Positions 38,162 to 50,982 are shown, counted from the first letter of the stretch. The stretch: DNA of 64,000 nucleotides from Candidatus Danuiimicrobium aquiferis (GCA_001804285.1 MHFR01000013.1:8920-72919), one strand, 5' to 3'. Made by a program: numbers and translations. The notes: generated by a model from the letters alone, not told the origin.

Positions 38162-39306
38162 ATAATATAAAACCTCGAAAAATATGGAACAGGGTTCTGA
38201 TTGTCCATCCGTTTGGGATCGGTGATGTTTTATTCATTACGCCCGTGATCAGGAGTTTGAAAGAACAAGGCGTTCAAAAAATCGATCTTCTGCTTGGAAG
38301 CCGCACGCGTGAGATTTTTAAATACCACCCCGATGTTAATGAAATGTTTGAATGGTCAAAGGACCGGCCGAAAACAATAAAAGCACGGTTGGAACGTTGG
38401 GCCAGCCTTTTAAAAATGTTTTTTTGCATATGGAGAAATCGTTACGAAGCGATGCTTGATTTTTCACTGTCCCGCGAATATGCGTTTTTGGGGAAATTTG
38501 TTTTTGGAATTCCGGTTCGCGCGGGATTTGATTTTAAACAGCGCGGAATTTTTTTAAGCCATAAAATTTCTTTGTCTGAAGGGTTTAACGGAAAACCCGT
38601 AGCCGAGTATTATTTAGAATTGCTTGAATCACTCGGAATTAAAAAGGAAAAGTCCCGTTTGGAATTTTTCCTTGGGCAGGAAGATCTTGAAGAAAAAAAT
38701 AAAATATTTAAACAAAACGGGATTGCTGAAGACGAATCTTATTTGGTTGTTGCTCCCGGCGGCGGTGAATCCTGGGGGAAAGATGCGCATCTCAAGCGTT
38801 GGCCTCTTGAGCATTTTGCGGCGCTCATATGCCAAATGAGCAGAGAATATGGGAGTTTGTTTCAGAGCGTTGTCATTTTGGGGAGTAAATCGGAAAATGA
38901 GTTAGGGAAAGAATTGAAAGGATTACTTTCCGGATTTCGTGTATTTAATTTTTGCGGACAAATACCGATCCGCGCGAGCGCGGCAATCATGAAACATGCG
39001 AAGTTGGTTTTGGCGAATGACGGCGGGATCGTTCATCTTGCGAGTGCTTTAAAAGTTCCGGTTGTTGCAATTTACGGGCCGGTTGATCACAACGTATATG
39101 GTCCGTATCCGAAAAATCCATTGTCGCTTGCGATTTATCATCCGTCTCTTTCTTGCCGGCCGTGTTACCGGAAGATGCGATATCAGTCGGGCTGTTGCTC
39201 GGTGGAATGCTTGAAATCCTTATCTCCCGAATATGTTTTCAGTGTTATTAAATCAGAAAAGTTGATTGGTCAGTTGTTGGGGGATCGAAAGGCCGGAAAG
39301 GTATGA
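38158..39306 (+). CDS. GT9 heptosyltransferase paralogue 5
   Basis: RVLIVHPFGIGDVLFITPV N-terminal motif, C-terminal ANDGGIVHLASAL. Confidence 0.8.
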   Translation: MNNIKPRKIWNRVLIVHPFGIGDVLFITPVIRSLKEQGVQKIDLLLGSRTREIFKYHPDVNEMFEWSKDRPKTIKARLERWASLLKMFFCIWRNRYEAMLDFSLSREYAFLGKFVFGIPVRAGFDFKQRGIFLSHKISLSEGFNGKPVAEYYLELLESLGIKKEKSRLEFFLGQEDLEEKNKIFKQNGIAEDESYLVVAPGGGESWGKDAHLKRWPLEHFAALICQMSREYGSLFQSVVILGSKSENELGKELKGLLSGFRVFNFCGQIPIRASAAIMKHAKLVLANDGGIVHLASALKVPVVAIYGPVDHNVYGPYPKNPLSLAIYHPSLSCRPCYRKMRYQSGCCSVECLKSLSPEYVFSVIKSEKLIGQLLGDRKAGKV

Positions 39307-40106
39307 AGAAGTTTTTCGTCTCCATATACATTTTGATCAGCTTGATGGCGATGACGGCGGGATGCCGCGCAGTGAAATTTCAGGGTTTAAGCAGCGAAGA
39401 TAGTTTGGGTGCCCTATCGGGTAAACAGGAACAGAAAATTCGAGTTTATGAACGGTTGAAATACAGCATTCGATGGATGGGAGTAGAAGTCGGAACGGCC
39501 GAAGGAAAAGTGGAAGGAATCGAAAAGGTAAAAGGGCGCGATGCCTATCATATTTCCCTTCGGGTGCTGTCTAATTCGGTGATTAATTTGATTTATCCGG
39601 TGGTTGATGAGCATCATACTTATATCGATGTTAAAGATTTGCATACGCTTCGTTATGAGAAAAACCTTCAGGAAGGCCGCTACCGGGCGAATGAAGTGAC
39701 TGAGTATGATCAGGAAGGGCACACGGCTCTTTTTCATGCTCTCCGCAGCGGGGATCAGAAGGAAATGCTTATCCCCAAACATGTTCAGGATCAATTGTCG
39801 TGTGGCTACTGGTTTCGCTTGCAGCCGATGAAACCGAGTGATACGATTCATATTCCTGTAAATGCGGATGAAAAAAATTGGGATTTGCAGGTAGATATTT
39901 TAAAATATAACCGGCTCCAAATTGAGAATCTGGGTTATTTTGATGCGGTGGAAGTGGAACCTCACGCCAAATTTCAAGGGGTGTTTGTCCGCCGGGGGAA
40001 AGTTCGGGCATGGCAGGGAATCGATGAACGCCGTATTCCGCTGATGATGCAAACGACAATTCCCGTTCTGGGAACAGTTTCCGCAATTTTGGTAGAGTAT
40101 GAATAA
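39303..40106 (+). CDS. DUF3108-family lipoprotein
   Basis: Lipobox MTAGC. The YSIRWMGVEVGTAEGKVEG block matches the DUF3108 signature found next to LPS genes. Confidence 0.5.
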   Translation: MKKFFVSIYILISLMAMTAGCRAVKFQGLSSEDSLGALSGKQEQKIRVYERLKYSIRWMGVEVGTAEGKVEGIEKVKGRDAYHISLRVLSNSVINLIYPVVDEHHTYIDVKDLHTLRYEKNLQEGRYRANEVTEYDQEGHTALFHALRSGDQKEMLIPKHVQDQLSCGYWFRLQPMKPSDTIHIPVNADEKNWDLQVDILKYNRLQIENLGYFDAVEVEPHAKFQGVFVRRGKVRAWQGIDERRIPLMMQTTIPVLGTVSAILVEYE

Positions 40107-40121
40107 GGTCGAGGAGGGGTT

Positions 40122-40937
40122 GTGTTGACTTTTGTTAAACGATTTTTAGCGTTTTTAGTTTTACTTTTAATTGTGCTTGATGTCGTATTTATTACTTTTC
40201 CTTTAAAGGGGCACATTCCGGTGCTGATGTATCACTATGTTGTGCCGGAAAAACAGGTTGGGCCGACAACGCTTGATGTAAGTACAAAAAATTTTGAACA
40301 ACAAATGTGGTTCTTGAAGCGTTTTGGATTTAGGCCGATTACCCTGGAGCGTTTATATCAAATTAAAACGGGGAAAGCCAAGGCGCTCGGAAAAGAAATT
40401 GTCATTACGTTTGATGACGGAAATAAGTCTTACGCGGAATATGCGATGCCGATTCTTGAGAAGTATGAAATTCCGTCCGCGAATTTTATCATTTGGGATG
40501 CGCTTGCGAACGATTTATACGGAAGTATGAATACGGAAACAGCCAAGAAAATTGCCAAGAATCCTTTGGTCACTTTTGGTTCGCACACCGTTGAACATTC
40601 GAGTCTCGATCAGGTAGATTTACAAAAAGCGGAAAAAGAAATTTTTGAATCACGAACAAAGTTAAAACGGGAATTTCAGACGCGAATTGACTATTTCAGT
40701 TATCCGGTCGGCGCATATACCGACGCGGTTATGTCATTGGTTCAAAAGGCGGGTTACCGGCTGTCTTTTACAACGTCGATCAGGAATCTGTGCGGCCATC
40801 CGGAAACTCTATTCAACCTGCCGCGTATTAAAATCGGACGGGATGATCCTCTTTTTGTTTTCTGGCTCAAAGCCTCAGGATTAGCCGATTATACCGAAAA
40901 AGTTAAGCTATTCCGAAAGTGTAAGAAACCGGTTTAG
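40122..40937 (+). CDS. Polysaccharide deacetylase (NodB/CE4 family), membrane-anchored
   Basis: N-terminal TM; motifs TFDDG, HTVEHSSL, SYPVG. Confidence 0.8.
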   Translation: MLTFVKRFLAFLVLLLIVLDVVFITFPLKGHIPVLMYHYVVPEKQVGPTTLDVSTKNFEQQMWFLKRFGFRPITLERLYQIKTGKAKALGKEIVITFDDGNKSYAEYAMPILEKYEIPSANFIIWDALANDLYGSMNTETAKKIAKNPLVTFGSHTVEHSSLDQVDLQKAEKEIFESRTKLKREFQTRIDYFSYPVGAYTDAVMSLVQKAGYRLSFTTSIRNLCGHPETLFNLPRIKIGRDDPLFVFWLKASGLADYTEKVKLFRKCKKPV

Positions 40938-41013
40938 AAACGCCTCTATTTTTTCAATGGGTTTTCCAGTGATACTCATTGACTTCCGATGTGTTCAAAA
41001 TTAAACTAACCCC

Positions 41014-42411
41014 ATGCAAATCCTCATTTTCTTGGCAGGGCTTATCTTAGGTGGCGGTCTCGCATGGTATATCGCTTCGGTGACTCTCCGTGCGCGGCGC
41101 GCTTATGAAATCGGCGAGTTGAAAACCCAAACCCAGATCGCCGAAAGTAAAATGAATTCCCTCCAAACGCAACTTGCCGAAGAACAAAACGAAATTAATT
41201 TGCTACGAAAAGCGCTCGATCAAGAAAAGGAATTTAAAACCGTAGCGGTAACCCGCCTCGAAGAATTAATGAAAAGCTTTGAAAATGAAAAAGTAATTTT
41301 CGAAAAAGCAAAAGAAGATTTAATTAATACATTCAAAGCCTTATCTGATGACGCGCTCAAAAGTAATAATCAGGCTTTTCTCGAATTGGCGAAGGGAAGT
41401 TTGGAAAATGTATTAAAAGAAGCAAAAGGCGAACTCGGAGAAAAACAGGAGTCTTTGAAAGGGTTGGTGGGGCCGCTTGAAAAAACATTGAAACAATTAG
41501 AAACGCACGTGCTTGAAGTTGAGAATAAGCGGCAGAAAGATGGTGGTCGCCTCGAAGAACAAATTCGATCACTCTTAGAATCACAGCAGATGCTTCAAAA
41601 AGAAACGGGGAGCCTTGCGTCTGCGCTTCGCGTTCCGCTCGTGAGAGGGCAGTGGGGCGAGATGACGCTAAAACGGGTGGTGGAACTTTCGGGAATGTCG
41701 GAACACTGCGATTATGTCGAGCAGGTTTCAGTAAGAAGCGAAGAAGGTGTTTTTCGACCGGATATGATTATTTATCTTCCTTCCAATAAACAAGTTGTGA
41801 TTGATAGCAAAGTATCGCTTGATGGCTATTTGGATTCGGTCGAGGCAGTTGGGGATGGAAATAAACTCGAAGCAATGGTTCGGCATGCCCGGCAGCTTCG
41901 GAAACATATGGAGCTTTTGTCGTCCAAGTCGTATTGGAGTCAGTTTCCGAATGCGCCGGAGTTTGTCGTTATGTTTATTCCCGGTGAACATTTTGTGAGT
42001 GCTGCAGTTGCAAATGACAAGACGCTGATTGAAGATGGGATTTTGAATCGTGTGATTATCGCGACGCCGACCACGTTGATTGCGCTTTTAAGAGCGATTT
42101 CATACGGTTGGCGGCAGGAACAGTTAGCGAAAAATGCGCAAGCCATCGCCGAAATCGGAAAGCAAGTGTATGAACGGTTTTTAGCTTTTCTGGCTCATTT
42201 AACCAAAATGAGGACTTCATTAGAACAGAGTGTATTCAATTTTAACCGGACGATCGGATCTCTTGAGGGACGGGTTCTCCCCAGTCTTCGGAAATTCAAG
42301 GAGCTTGGTGTGACAGGAGCGGATGACATTCCGACGATTGAGCCCATTGAGCAAATGCCGCGGGCTTTGGAGACGAAAGAGGTTGCTGAAGAATTAAATT
42401 CAGATGCTTGA
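41014..42411 (+). CDS. rmuC: DNA recombination protein RmuC
   Basis: N-terminal TM helix, long coiled coil, C-terminal RmuC nuclease-like domain (VVMFIPGEHF...ATPTTLIALL). Confidence 0.85.
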   Translation: MQILIFLAGLILGGGLAWYIASVTLRARRAYEIGELKTQTQIAESKMNSLQTQLAEEQNEINLLRKALDQEKEFKTVAVTRLEELMKSFENEKVIFEKAKEDLINTFKALSDDALKSNNQAFLELAKGSLENVLKEAKGELGEKQESLKGLVGPLEKTLKQLETHVLEVENKRQKDGGRLEEQIRSLLESQQMLQKETGSLASALRVPLVRGQWGEMTLKRVVELSGMSEHCDYVEQVSVRSEEGVFRPDMIIYLPSNKQVVIDSKVSLDGYLDSVEAVGDGNKLEAMVRHARQLRKHMELLSSKSYWSQFPNAPEFVVMFIPGEHFVSAAVANDKTLIEDGILNRVIIATPTTLIALLRAISYGWRQEQLAKNAQAIAEIGKQVYERFLAFLAHLTKMRTSLEQSVFNFNRTIGSLEGRVLPSLRKFKELGVTGADDIPTIEPIEQMPRALETKEVAEELNSDA

Positions 42412-42627
42412 ATTTAAAGGACTTCAAAGCTTGGCAACCGTATAAGCATAAACCAGTTACGTTTCTTCAAAATTCTCCTCTCAAACTCCCAAAATCAACT
42501 TTTTTATAAATCATTCTGGTTTTTTTATCCAAGATGTATAGAATATACGCGATTGGTAGTTTTTTGACCGGTCAGATGTTAATTTCATTGAAGTGGTTAT
42601 CAAGAACCAAGAAAGGCGTTAGGAAAC

Positions 42628-43008
42628 ATGCAAACGAGAATATTTGTCGGCAACTTGAATTTCAAAGTGACGAATGAGGACCTGAAACAGCTTTTTGAAT
42701 CGGTTGGGTCTGTGGATTCCGTCACACTGATCCGTGATCGATGGAGCGGGAAACCCAAAGGGTATGCCTTTGTCGAAATGGTGGACAGCGAATCGGCTCA
42801 AAAAGCCATTGAGCTTAATGGTCATGAAATGATGGGACGCAGTATCGTAGTGGCTTTCGCGAATCCAAAGGATCAAGGTAAAAAATTTAGAAAAGGTGGA
42901 CGTTATGATCGGTTTCGGGACAGAAAACCTCGTAATCGTTCGCCCTTTAGAGAAAAAAAGAACTTGTGGGAAAAGATAGTGTCGTTCTTTACTGGTGGTA
43001 GATCTTAA
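42628..43008 (+). CDS. RRM-type RNA-binding protein with Arg/Lys-rich C-terminal tail
   Basis: RNP-2 IFVGNL and RNP-1 KGYAFVEM motifs. Confidence 0.85.
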   Translation: MQTRIFVGNLNFKVTNEDLKQLFESVGSVDSVTLIRDRWSGKPKGYAFVEMVDSESAQKAIELNGHEMMGRSIVVAFANPKDQGKKFRKGGRYDRFRDRKPRNRSPFREKKNLWEKIVSFFTGGRS

Positions 43009-43016
43009 ACCTCATA

Positions 43017-43051
43017 TTCAGGGCGTGCTGCCTTTTGCAGTGCGCCCTGAA
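43017..43051. terminator. Intrinsic terminator hairpin between the convergent RRM gene (+) and metF (-)
   Basis: ttcagggcgtgctgcc tttt gcagtgcgccctgaa, followed by a T-rich tract on the plus strand. Confidence 0.55.
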
Positions 43052-43059
43052 CTTTCCTT

Positions 43060-43944
43060 TTAAACCCCCGAAAGATTCAAGCTTCTAAAAATTTTCCTCG
43101 TAGCGGTAGATTTGTTCAGCGTATAGAAATGTAATCCAGGGGCACCTTTTCTGAGGAGTTCTTCGCATTGCGTGATCGCATAATCTGTTCCAAAAGCTTC
43201 GATGGACGCTTGATCATCGCCGTATCGGAAAATTGCGTTTTGGATTTTCGCTGGAAGCTTTGCGCCGCAGACTCGCGTGAATTTTTGGATTTGAGCGCCG
43301 TTGGTGATTGGCATGATGCCCGGAACAATGGGGAGTGAAATACCGACTGCTCTGCATCGTGAAACGAAATCAAAATAATCATGATTGCTGAAAAAAAGTT
43401 GTGTAATCACAATGTCGGCGCCTTCAGCGACTTTCATTCTTAAATGTTCCAGGTCTTTTTCTTTGTCCGTGCATTCAATATGACATTCCGGATGGCCCGC
43501 GACTGCGATTGTAAATTGATTTCCATACTTCGGATGTTGCCGGATATACCGGACAAGGTCCGCTGCGTAACGGAACCCATTTTCGGGTGATTTGAAATCC
43601 GGTTGATCCTGCGGGATGTCGCCTCTCAGAGCGACAATGTTTTCGATTCCGTCAGAAACGAGTTCCGCCAGAATCGCTTCGATTTCCTGTTTCGTATGCG
43701 CAATACAGCTTAGATGCGCGGCAGATTCGATTCCGATATCGGATTTGATTCGTTTGACAAGGCCAATGGTGTTATTGCGCGTGGTTCCCATTGCGCCATA
43801 AGTGACGGAAATGAAAGAGGGAGAAAGTATTTTAAGCTCGCGAACCGCTTCAAATAGTTTTTTCTCACCCGTGTCATTTTTGGGCGGAAAGAATTCAAAG
43901 GAAAAAGTATATTTATTCTTTTTATAGTAGTCGCTGATTTTCAT
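43060..43944 (-). CDS. metF: 5,10-methylenetetrahydrofolate reductase
   Basis: FSFEFFPPK N-terminal motif, TIM-barrel MTHFR layout, 294 aa. Confidence 0.88.
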   Translation of the reverse strand: MKISDYYKKNKYTFSFEFFPPKNDTGEKKLFEAVRELKILSPSFISVTYGAMGTTRNNTIGLVKRIKSDIGIESAAHLSCIAHTKQEIEAILAELVSDGIENIVALRGDIPQDQPDFKSPENGFRYAADLVRYIRQHPKYGNQFTIAVAGHPECHIECTDKEKDLEHLRMKVAEGADIVITQLFFSNHDYFDFVSRCRAVGISLPIVPGIMPITNGAQIQKFTRVCGAKLPAKIQNAIFRYGDDQASIEAFGTDYAITQCEELLRKGAPGLHFYTLNKSTATRKIFRSLNLSGV

Positions 43945-43984
43945 GGTTTAAATTCTCTGCGCTTATCAATTAACGGCATTTTTC

Positions 43985-44479
43985 TTACGTGCTTGATTTT
44001 TCACCTATCTGCATTTTTTTCCAATTTTCATCCGCTCTGGAGATAAGTTCGTCCTTTTTGGAATTCCAAGCTAATTGAGCCGTTAATTTTGAGAAAAGAT
44101 AAAGTTTCCCGTTTTCAACATCAAACAGGGTGGGCCGGCTTGAGATCTTCTTACCTGACGCCATCGAGGTTGCGCACCAACCGTCATATTTAGGAAGGTA
44201 ACGTTCCGGATCTATTTTGAAAGAGTCCAAGTTTGCTTCGGAGGAGAATTCGTACACGGTGCCATTATAAGTGTATGAATAGTAGGAATTTCCGCGCATT
44301 ACTTTTCCGTCGCTTTCGGGAAAATATGAAACGGGATCATAGCCGTTCAGGCCGAGAGATGTGACCGTATTTATATCCGCTGTTTCTGAAAAAGCAGAAT
44401 AGTTAGGAACGAGGAAGCCCAAAAATAAAAGCATCAAAAATAAGCGAATACCAAAAGGCGTCATCTGTTTTAAGCTCAT
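43985..44479 (-). CDS. Secreted protein with two cysteine-free YHS-like repeats
   Basis: Signal peptide; repeats GYDPVSYF...YNGTVYEFSSEANLDSFKIDPERYLPKYDGWCA. Confidence 0.45.
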   Translation of the reverse strand: MSLKQMTPFGIRLFLMLLFLGFLVPNYSAFSETADINTVTSLGLNGYDPVSYFPESDGKVMRGNSYYSYTYNGTVYEFSSEANLDSFKIDPERYLPKYDGWCATSMASGKKISSRPTLFDVENGKLYLFSKLTAQLAWNSKKDELISRADENWKKMQIGEKSST

Positions 44480-44639
44480 AGGTAATTCCTTTCCATTATT
44501 AAATTAAAGATAAAAAACATGATTGTATTGTATCAAATTTAATTTTATTTTTGAGTGAAAGTTTTAATTGAAAAAGGGGGCCGTTTGGATTTTTCTATAA
44601 ATTATTTATAAATTCCATCCATGCATATAGTTACGTTAA

Positions 44640-44668
44640 TTGACATGGACAAGGGCGGATGATACACT
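44640..44668 (+). promoter_or_regulatory. Candidate sigma70-like promoter for the heptose kinase/kdsB/pyrG/kdsA/kdsD operon (TTGACA-17-TACACT)
   Basis: In the AT-rich divergent spacer 44480-44725. Confidence 0.3.
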
Positions 44669-44725
44669 CAAGCTTTATATTCAGGTCAGATTTTGTGTGT
44701 AAATTGTTTCATCAAACGGAGTAAC

Positions 44726-45788
44726 ATGAAAAAGACAAAGGTTGCAAAAAATTCTAATGGTTTCTTAGATTTTAGCAAGGAACGGCTTCTTACCATTATC
44801 CAACGGTTTTCCCAGACGAGAATTCTTGTGATAGGAGATTTTATATTGGATGAGTTTGTCTGGGGTTCTGTCGAACGGATTTCTCCCGAAGCGCCGGTCC
44901 CGGTAGTGAGCGTTAATCGGGAAAGCTTTGTCCCGGGGGGTGCTTTGAATGTCGCGAATAACATTCGAACGCTTGGCGGAAACGTAAGCCCTTGTGGTTT
45001 GGTAGGGCGGGATTTATGGGGCAGAATGCTTGTGAGGGAGATGAGGCGCGAAGGTGTTGAGACGGGCGGGGTGATTTATGATGCGAATCGCAGAACAACG
45101 CTTAAAACCCGCGTGGTGGCTCATTCACAGCAGGTGGTTCGTTTTGACCGGGAAGATACACAGGAAATCTCAAATGAAGATTTAAAACGGCTTCTGAATC
45201 ATGTGAGACGGGCTTTGCCGGAAATGGATGTGGTGATCATTGAGGATTATGGAAAAGGTTTAATTGTTCCCAAGTTGCTGACTGAAGTGCTGAAGGTTGC
45301 GAAGAAATTGAAGAAGCCCGTATTGGTCGATCCGAAAGAAAAACATTTTGCCTATTATCGCGGTGTGACGGCTATGACTCCGAACCGGAAAGAAGCGATT
45401 GCGGCATATATTCAGGCGAATGGTCCGGTTGAAAACGGAAAAAAACCTGACCTTCATGAGGTCGGCAAAACATTACTCAAACATTTTTCGAGTCAAGCGA
45501 TGTTGATGACATTAGGGGAAGAAGGAATGCTTCTTTTTGAACGGGACGGAAGTATTACAAAAATTCCGACTATGGCGAAAGAGGTTTATGACGTCTCCGG
45601 CGCCGGAGATACCGTGATTGCCGTTCTGGCAATGGCGATGGCTGCCGGTGCTTCGATGAAGGAAGCGGCTCTTATTTCGAATCATGCGGCCGGTATTGTC
45701 GTCGGGAAACTCGGAACCGCAACGGTGACTTCTGAGGAATTAATTTCAGCCATTATTGCCAATCAGCCGAAATTGAAAAAAATGGTGC

Positions 45789-45802
<14 letters not shown>
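44726..45802 (+). CDS. D-glycero-beta-D-manno-heptose-7-phosphate kinase (RfaE domain I / HldE kinase domain only; PfkB family)
   Basis: ILVIGDFILDEF, GGALNVANN, DVSGAGDT motifs. No fused adenylyltransferase domain. Confidence 0.8.
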
Positions 45803-48192
<2,390 letters not shown>

Positions 48193-49029
48193 TTGATGAA
48201 AGCCCTTCGAAAGATTAAATTAGGCGAAATTGTTTTTGGCGATCCGAATGGGTTTGTTTTGATTGCGGGTCCTTGTGTTATTGAGGGGGAGAAGGAAGTT
48301 TTACGTCATGCCGAGAAAATTGCCGCAATCGCAAGATCGTTAGAAATTCCATACATATTTAAAGCAAGCTATGACAAAGCCAATCGGACATCGATTGATT
48401 CTTTTCGCGGGCCGGGGCTCAAGGAAGGATTGAGGATTCTCAAACGAGTGAAGGATGAATTCCTGATTCCTGTGTTGAGTGATGTGCATTCCGTTGAAGA
48501 AGCAAACGAAGCCGCAGCAGTACTTGATATTATCCAAATCCCGGCGTTTTTGTGCCGGCAAACGGATCTCGTGGTTGCCGCTGCGAAAACCGGAAAAATC
48601 GTCAATGTGAAAAAAGGCCAGTTTGTGTCGCCGTGGGACATGATCCATGTGATTCATAAAATAGAAGCGGCGGGGAGCCAGAAGATTCTTTTGACCGAGC
48701 GAGGCGCTTCATTCGGATATTCAAATCTGGTGAGTGATTTTCGATCGGTTCCGATCATGCGAGGGCTTGGATATCCGGTTATTTTTGATGCGACGCATTC
48801 CGTTCAAATTCCGGGTGGCCTTGGGAATGCCTCAGGCGGTCAATCGGAATTCATTCCGACCCTTGCGCGTTGCGCTGTGGCGGCCGGTGTCGATGCGATT
48901 TTTCTGGAAGTTCATGAAAATCCGGCCAAAGCAAAATCGGACGGGCCGAACAGCCTGAAATTGTCAATGTTGAAAGATTTGTTGGCGGTTCTTAAGGAAA
49001 TCCGCGAAGCGGCGCCGGTCGGAAGTTAA
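48193..49029 (+). CDS. kdsA: 2-dehydro-3-deoxyphosphooctonate aldolase (Kdo-8-P synthase)
   Basis: FVLIAGPCVIE, DAIFLEVHENP; DAHP-synthase type I family. Confidence 0.9.
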   Translation: MMKALRKIKLGEIVFGDPNGFVLIAGPCVIEGEKEVLRHAEKIAAIARSLEIPYIFKASYDKANRTSIDSFRGPGLKEGLRILKRVKDEFLIPVLSDVHSVEEANEAAAVLDIIQIPAFLCRQTDLVVAAAKTGKIVNVKKGQFVSPWDMIHVIHKIEAAGSQKILLTERGASFGYSNLVSDFRSVPIMRGLGYPVIFDATHSVQIPGGLGNASGGQSEFIPTLARCAVAAGVDAIFLEVHENPAKAKSDGPNSLKLSMLKDLLAVLKEIREAAPVGS

Positions 49030-49032
49030 CCA

Positions 49033-50010
49033 GTGGATGGAACCATGAAGCAAGATCAGTTGTTGGCAAAAAAAATTCTTCAAATCGAAGCGCAGGCGAT
49101 TAAAGAACTCATTTCGCGCCTTGATTCCAATTTTGAAAAAGCGCTCGATCTTATGCAAAATTGTTCGGGCCGGGTTGTGGTGACGGGGATGGGAAAGCCG
49201 GGTTTCATCGGCCGGAAAATTTCTGCAACGATGTCATCAACAGGAACGCCAAGCCTTTTTCTGCACCCGGCCGAAGCGATTCACGGGGATTTGGGAATGG
49301 TGACGAAAAAAGATATTGTGCTTGCGATTTCAAATAGCGGTGAGACGGAAGAGATTACGCGGCTCCTTTCGACCATCAAAAAAATCGGGGCGAAACTGAT
49401 TTCCATGACTGGAAACAAAAAGTCTACATTGGCGGTTCATTCGGATGTGGTTCTGGACGTCGGGCTGAAAAAGGAGGCCTGTCCGTGGAATTTGGCGCCG
49501 ACGGCGTCAACAACAGCTGCTTTGGCGATGGGAGATGCCCTTGCGATTTGTTTGGCCAAACGCAAAAATTTTCATGAAGCAGCATTTGCATTTTTACATC
49601 CCGGAGGTAGTCTTGGAAGGAAACTTTTGAAAGTGAAAGATTTGATGCGGCGGGGGAAATCGAACCCCGTCGTTTCGGGGAAAACAACCGTTCAGAAAGT
49701 GCTTTTGCAGATTACGAGTGCTCGCGCAGGTTCCTGTTCGATTGTCGATCGGAACGGAAAACTGGAGGGAATTTTTACGGACGGTGATCTTCGCCGGCAT
49801 CTTGAGGAATATGGAATCGCCATTTTAAAAGAGCCAGTTGAAAAATTTTCGACAAGAAGACCAATGGCAATTATAGAAGATAAACTTGCGGCGGAAGCAT
49901 TGCAGATTCTTCGGGATAAACGGATTGATGAATTGCCGGTAGTGGATAAATATGGAAAAGCGGTTGGCCTTTTGGATGTCCAGGATCTATTAAATGCAGG
50001 ATTTGTATGA
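49033..50010 (+). CDS. kdsD: Arabinose-5-phosphate isomerase (SIS + tandem CBS domains)
   Basis: GRVVVTGMGKPGFIGRK SIS motif, C-terminal CBS pair. Confidence 0.85.
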   Translation: MDGTMKQDQLLAKKILQIEAQAIKELISRLDSNFEKALDLMQNCSGRVVVTGMGKPGFIGRKISATMSSTGTPSLFLHPAEAIHGDLGMVTKKDIVLAISNSGETEEITRLLSTIKKIGAKLISMTGNKKSTLAVHSDVVLDVGLKKEACPWNLAPTASTTAALAMGDALAICLAKRKNFHEAAFAFLHPGGSLGRKLLKVKDLMRRGKSNPVVSGKTTVQKVLLQITSARAGSCSIVDRNGKLEGIFTDGDLRRHLEEYGIAILKEPVEKFSTRRPMAIIEDKLAAEALQILRDKRIDELPVVDKYGKAVGLLDVQDLLNAGFV

Positions 50011-50046
50011 GAATCTTTGGCCGTTTACTTTTAAAGAGGTTGATCT

Positions 50047-50982
50047 TTGAGTAAGAATAAACCATATCGGTTCGTTTTATATGTGTTGCTCGAAATCGTA
50101 AGACATGTTATTTTGATCTTACCCCGCCTTGTGGGCTATTTCCTTGCGGATGTTATCGGATATACCGCATCTTTGGTATTGCCCAAGGAACAGGCGAAAA
50201 TTAAGAAGAATTTGCGGGAAACGCTTGGAAGCGAACTAACGACGGCCGAACTTAACTGCGTTGCTCCGAAGATTTTTATCAATTTAGCCAAGACAGCGGT
50301 AGATGTTTTCCAGTTTCCGAAATTGAGTCCGAAGCGAATCGAACAGTTGGTGCCGTATTGCGAAGGAATAGAAAACCTCGAGATGGCAGCCAAACAAAGC
50401 CATGGAGTCATAGGGTTAAGTGCGCATATAGGTAATTGGGAACTGGTTGCGGCATTTGTGATGAATTTATTTCCGGATCGGATGGTAGCGGTTATTGCGC
50501 GAAAAATTTATTACGAGCCGTTTGATAAAGTTTTGGTTTCACTTAGAAAATATGGACGGTTTGGCACGATTTACCGGGATGGCGGACTTCGACAGATCAT
50601 TTCGGTTCTGAAGAAAAATGGAATTATCGGAATTGTTCCTGACCAGGACGTTGAAAAGCTGGACAGCATATTTGTGGATTTTTTGGGGCGGCCCGCGTGG
50701 ACACCGACAGCTCCCGCTAAGATATCTTTAGCGACAGGGTCGTGGATCGTTCCCATGTTTATGATTCATGAAAAAAACCATTATCGGATGTACATTGAAA
50801 AACCGATTCTTCCGATAGAAAATATGCCGAAAGAAGAAGCAATTCATCGGATGACCGAGCAATGGTCAGCTGCGGTTGAAAAGTTTGTTCGACGGTATCC
50901 GGACCAGTGGGCGTGGATGCACAACCGCTGGAAGACGCAAGAAAAGCCGGAAGAGATAAAGAGTTTGGAAAGGATTTCGTAA
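50047..50982 (+). CDS. Second lipid A late acyltransferase (LpxL/LpxM/HtrB family)
   Basis: N-terminal TM; SAHIGNWELVAAF context; TTG start per ORF track. Confidence 0.7.
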   Translation: MSKNKPYRFVLYVLLEIVRHVILILPRLVGYFLADVIGYTASLVLPKEQAKIKKNLRETLGSELTTAELNCVAPKIFINLAKTAVDVFQFPKLSPKRIEQLVPYCEGIENLEMAAKQSHGVIGLSAHIGNWELVAAFVMNLFPDRMVAVIARKIYYEPFDKVLVSLRKYGRFGTIYRDGGLRQIISVLKKNGIIGIVPDQDVEKLDSIFVDFLGRPAWTPTAPAKISLATGSWIVPMFMIHEKNHYRMYIEKPILPIENMPKEEAIHRMTEQWSAAVEKFVRRYPDQWAWMHNRWKTQEKPEEIKSLERIS

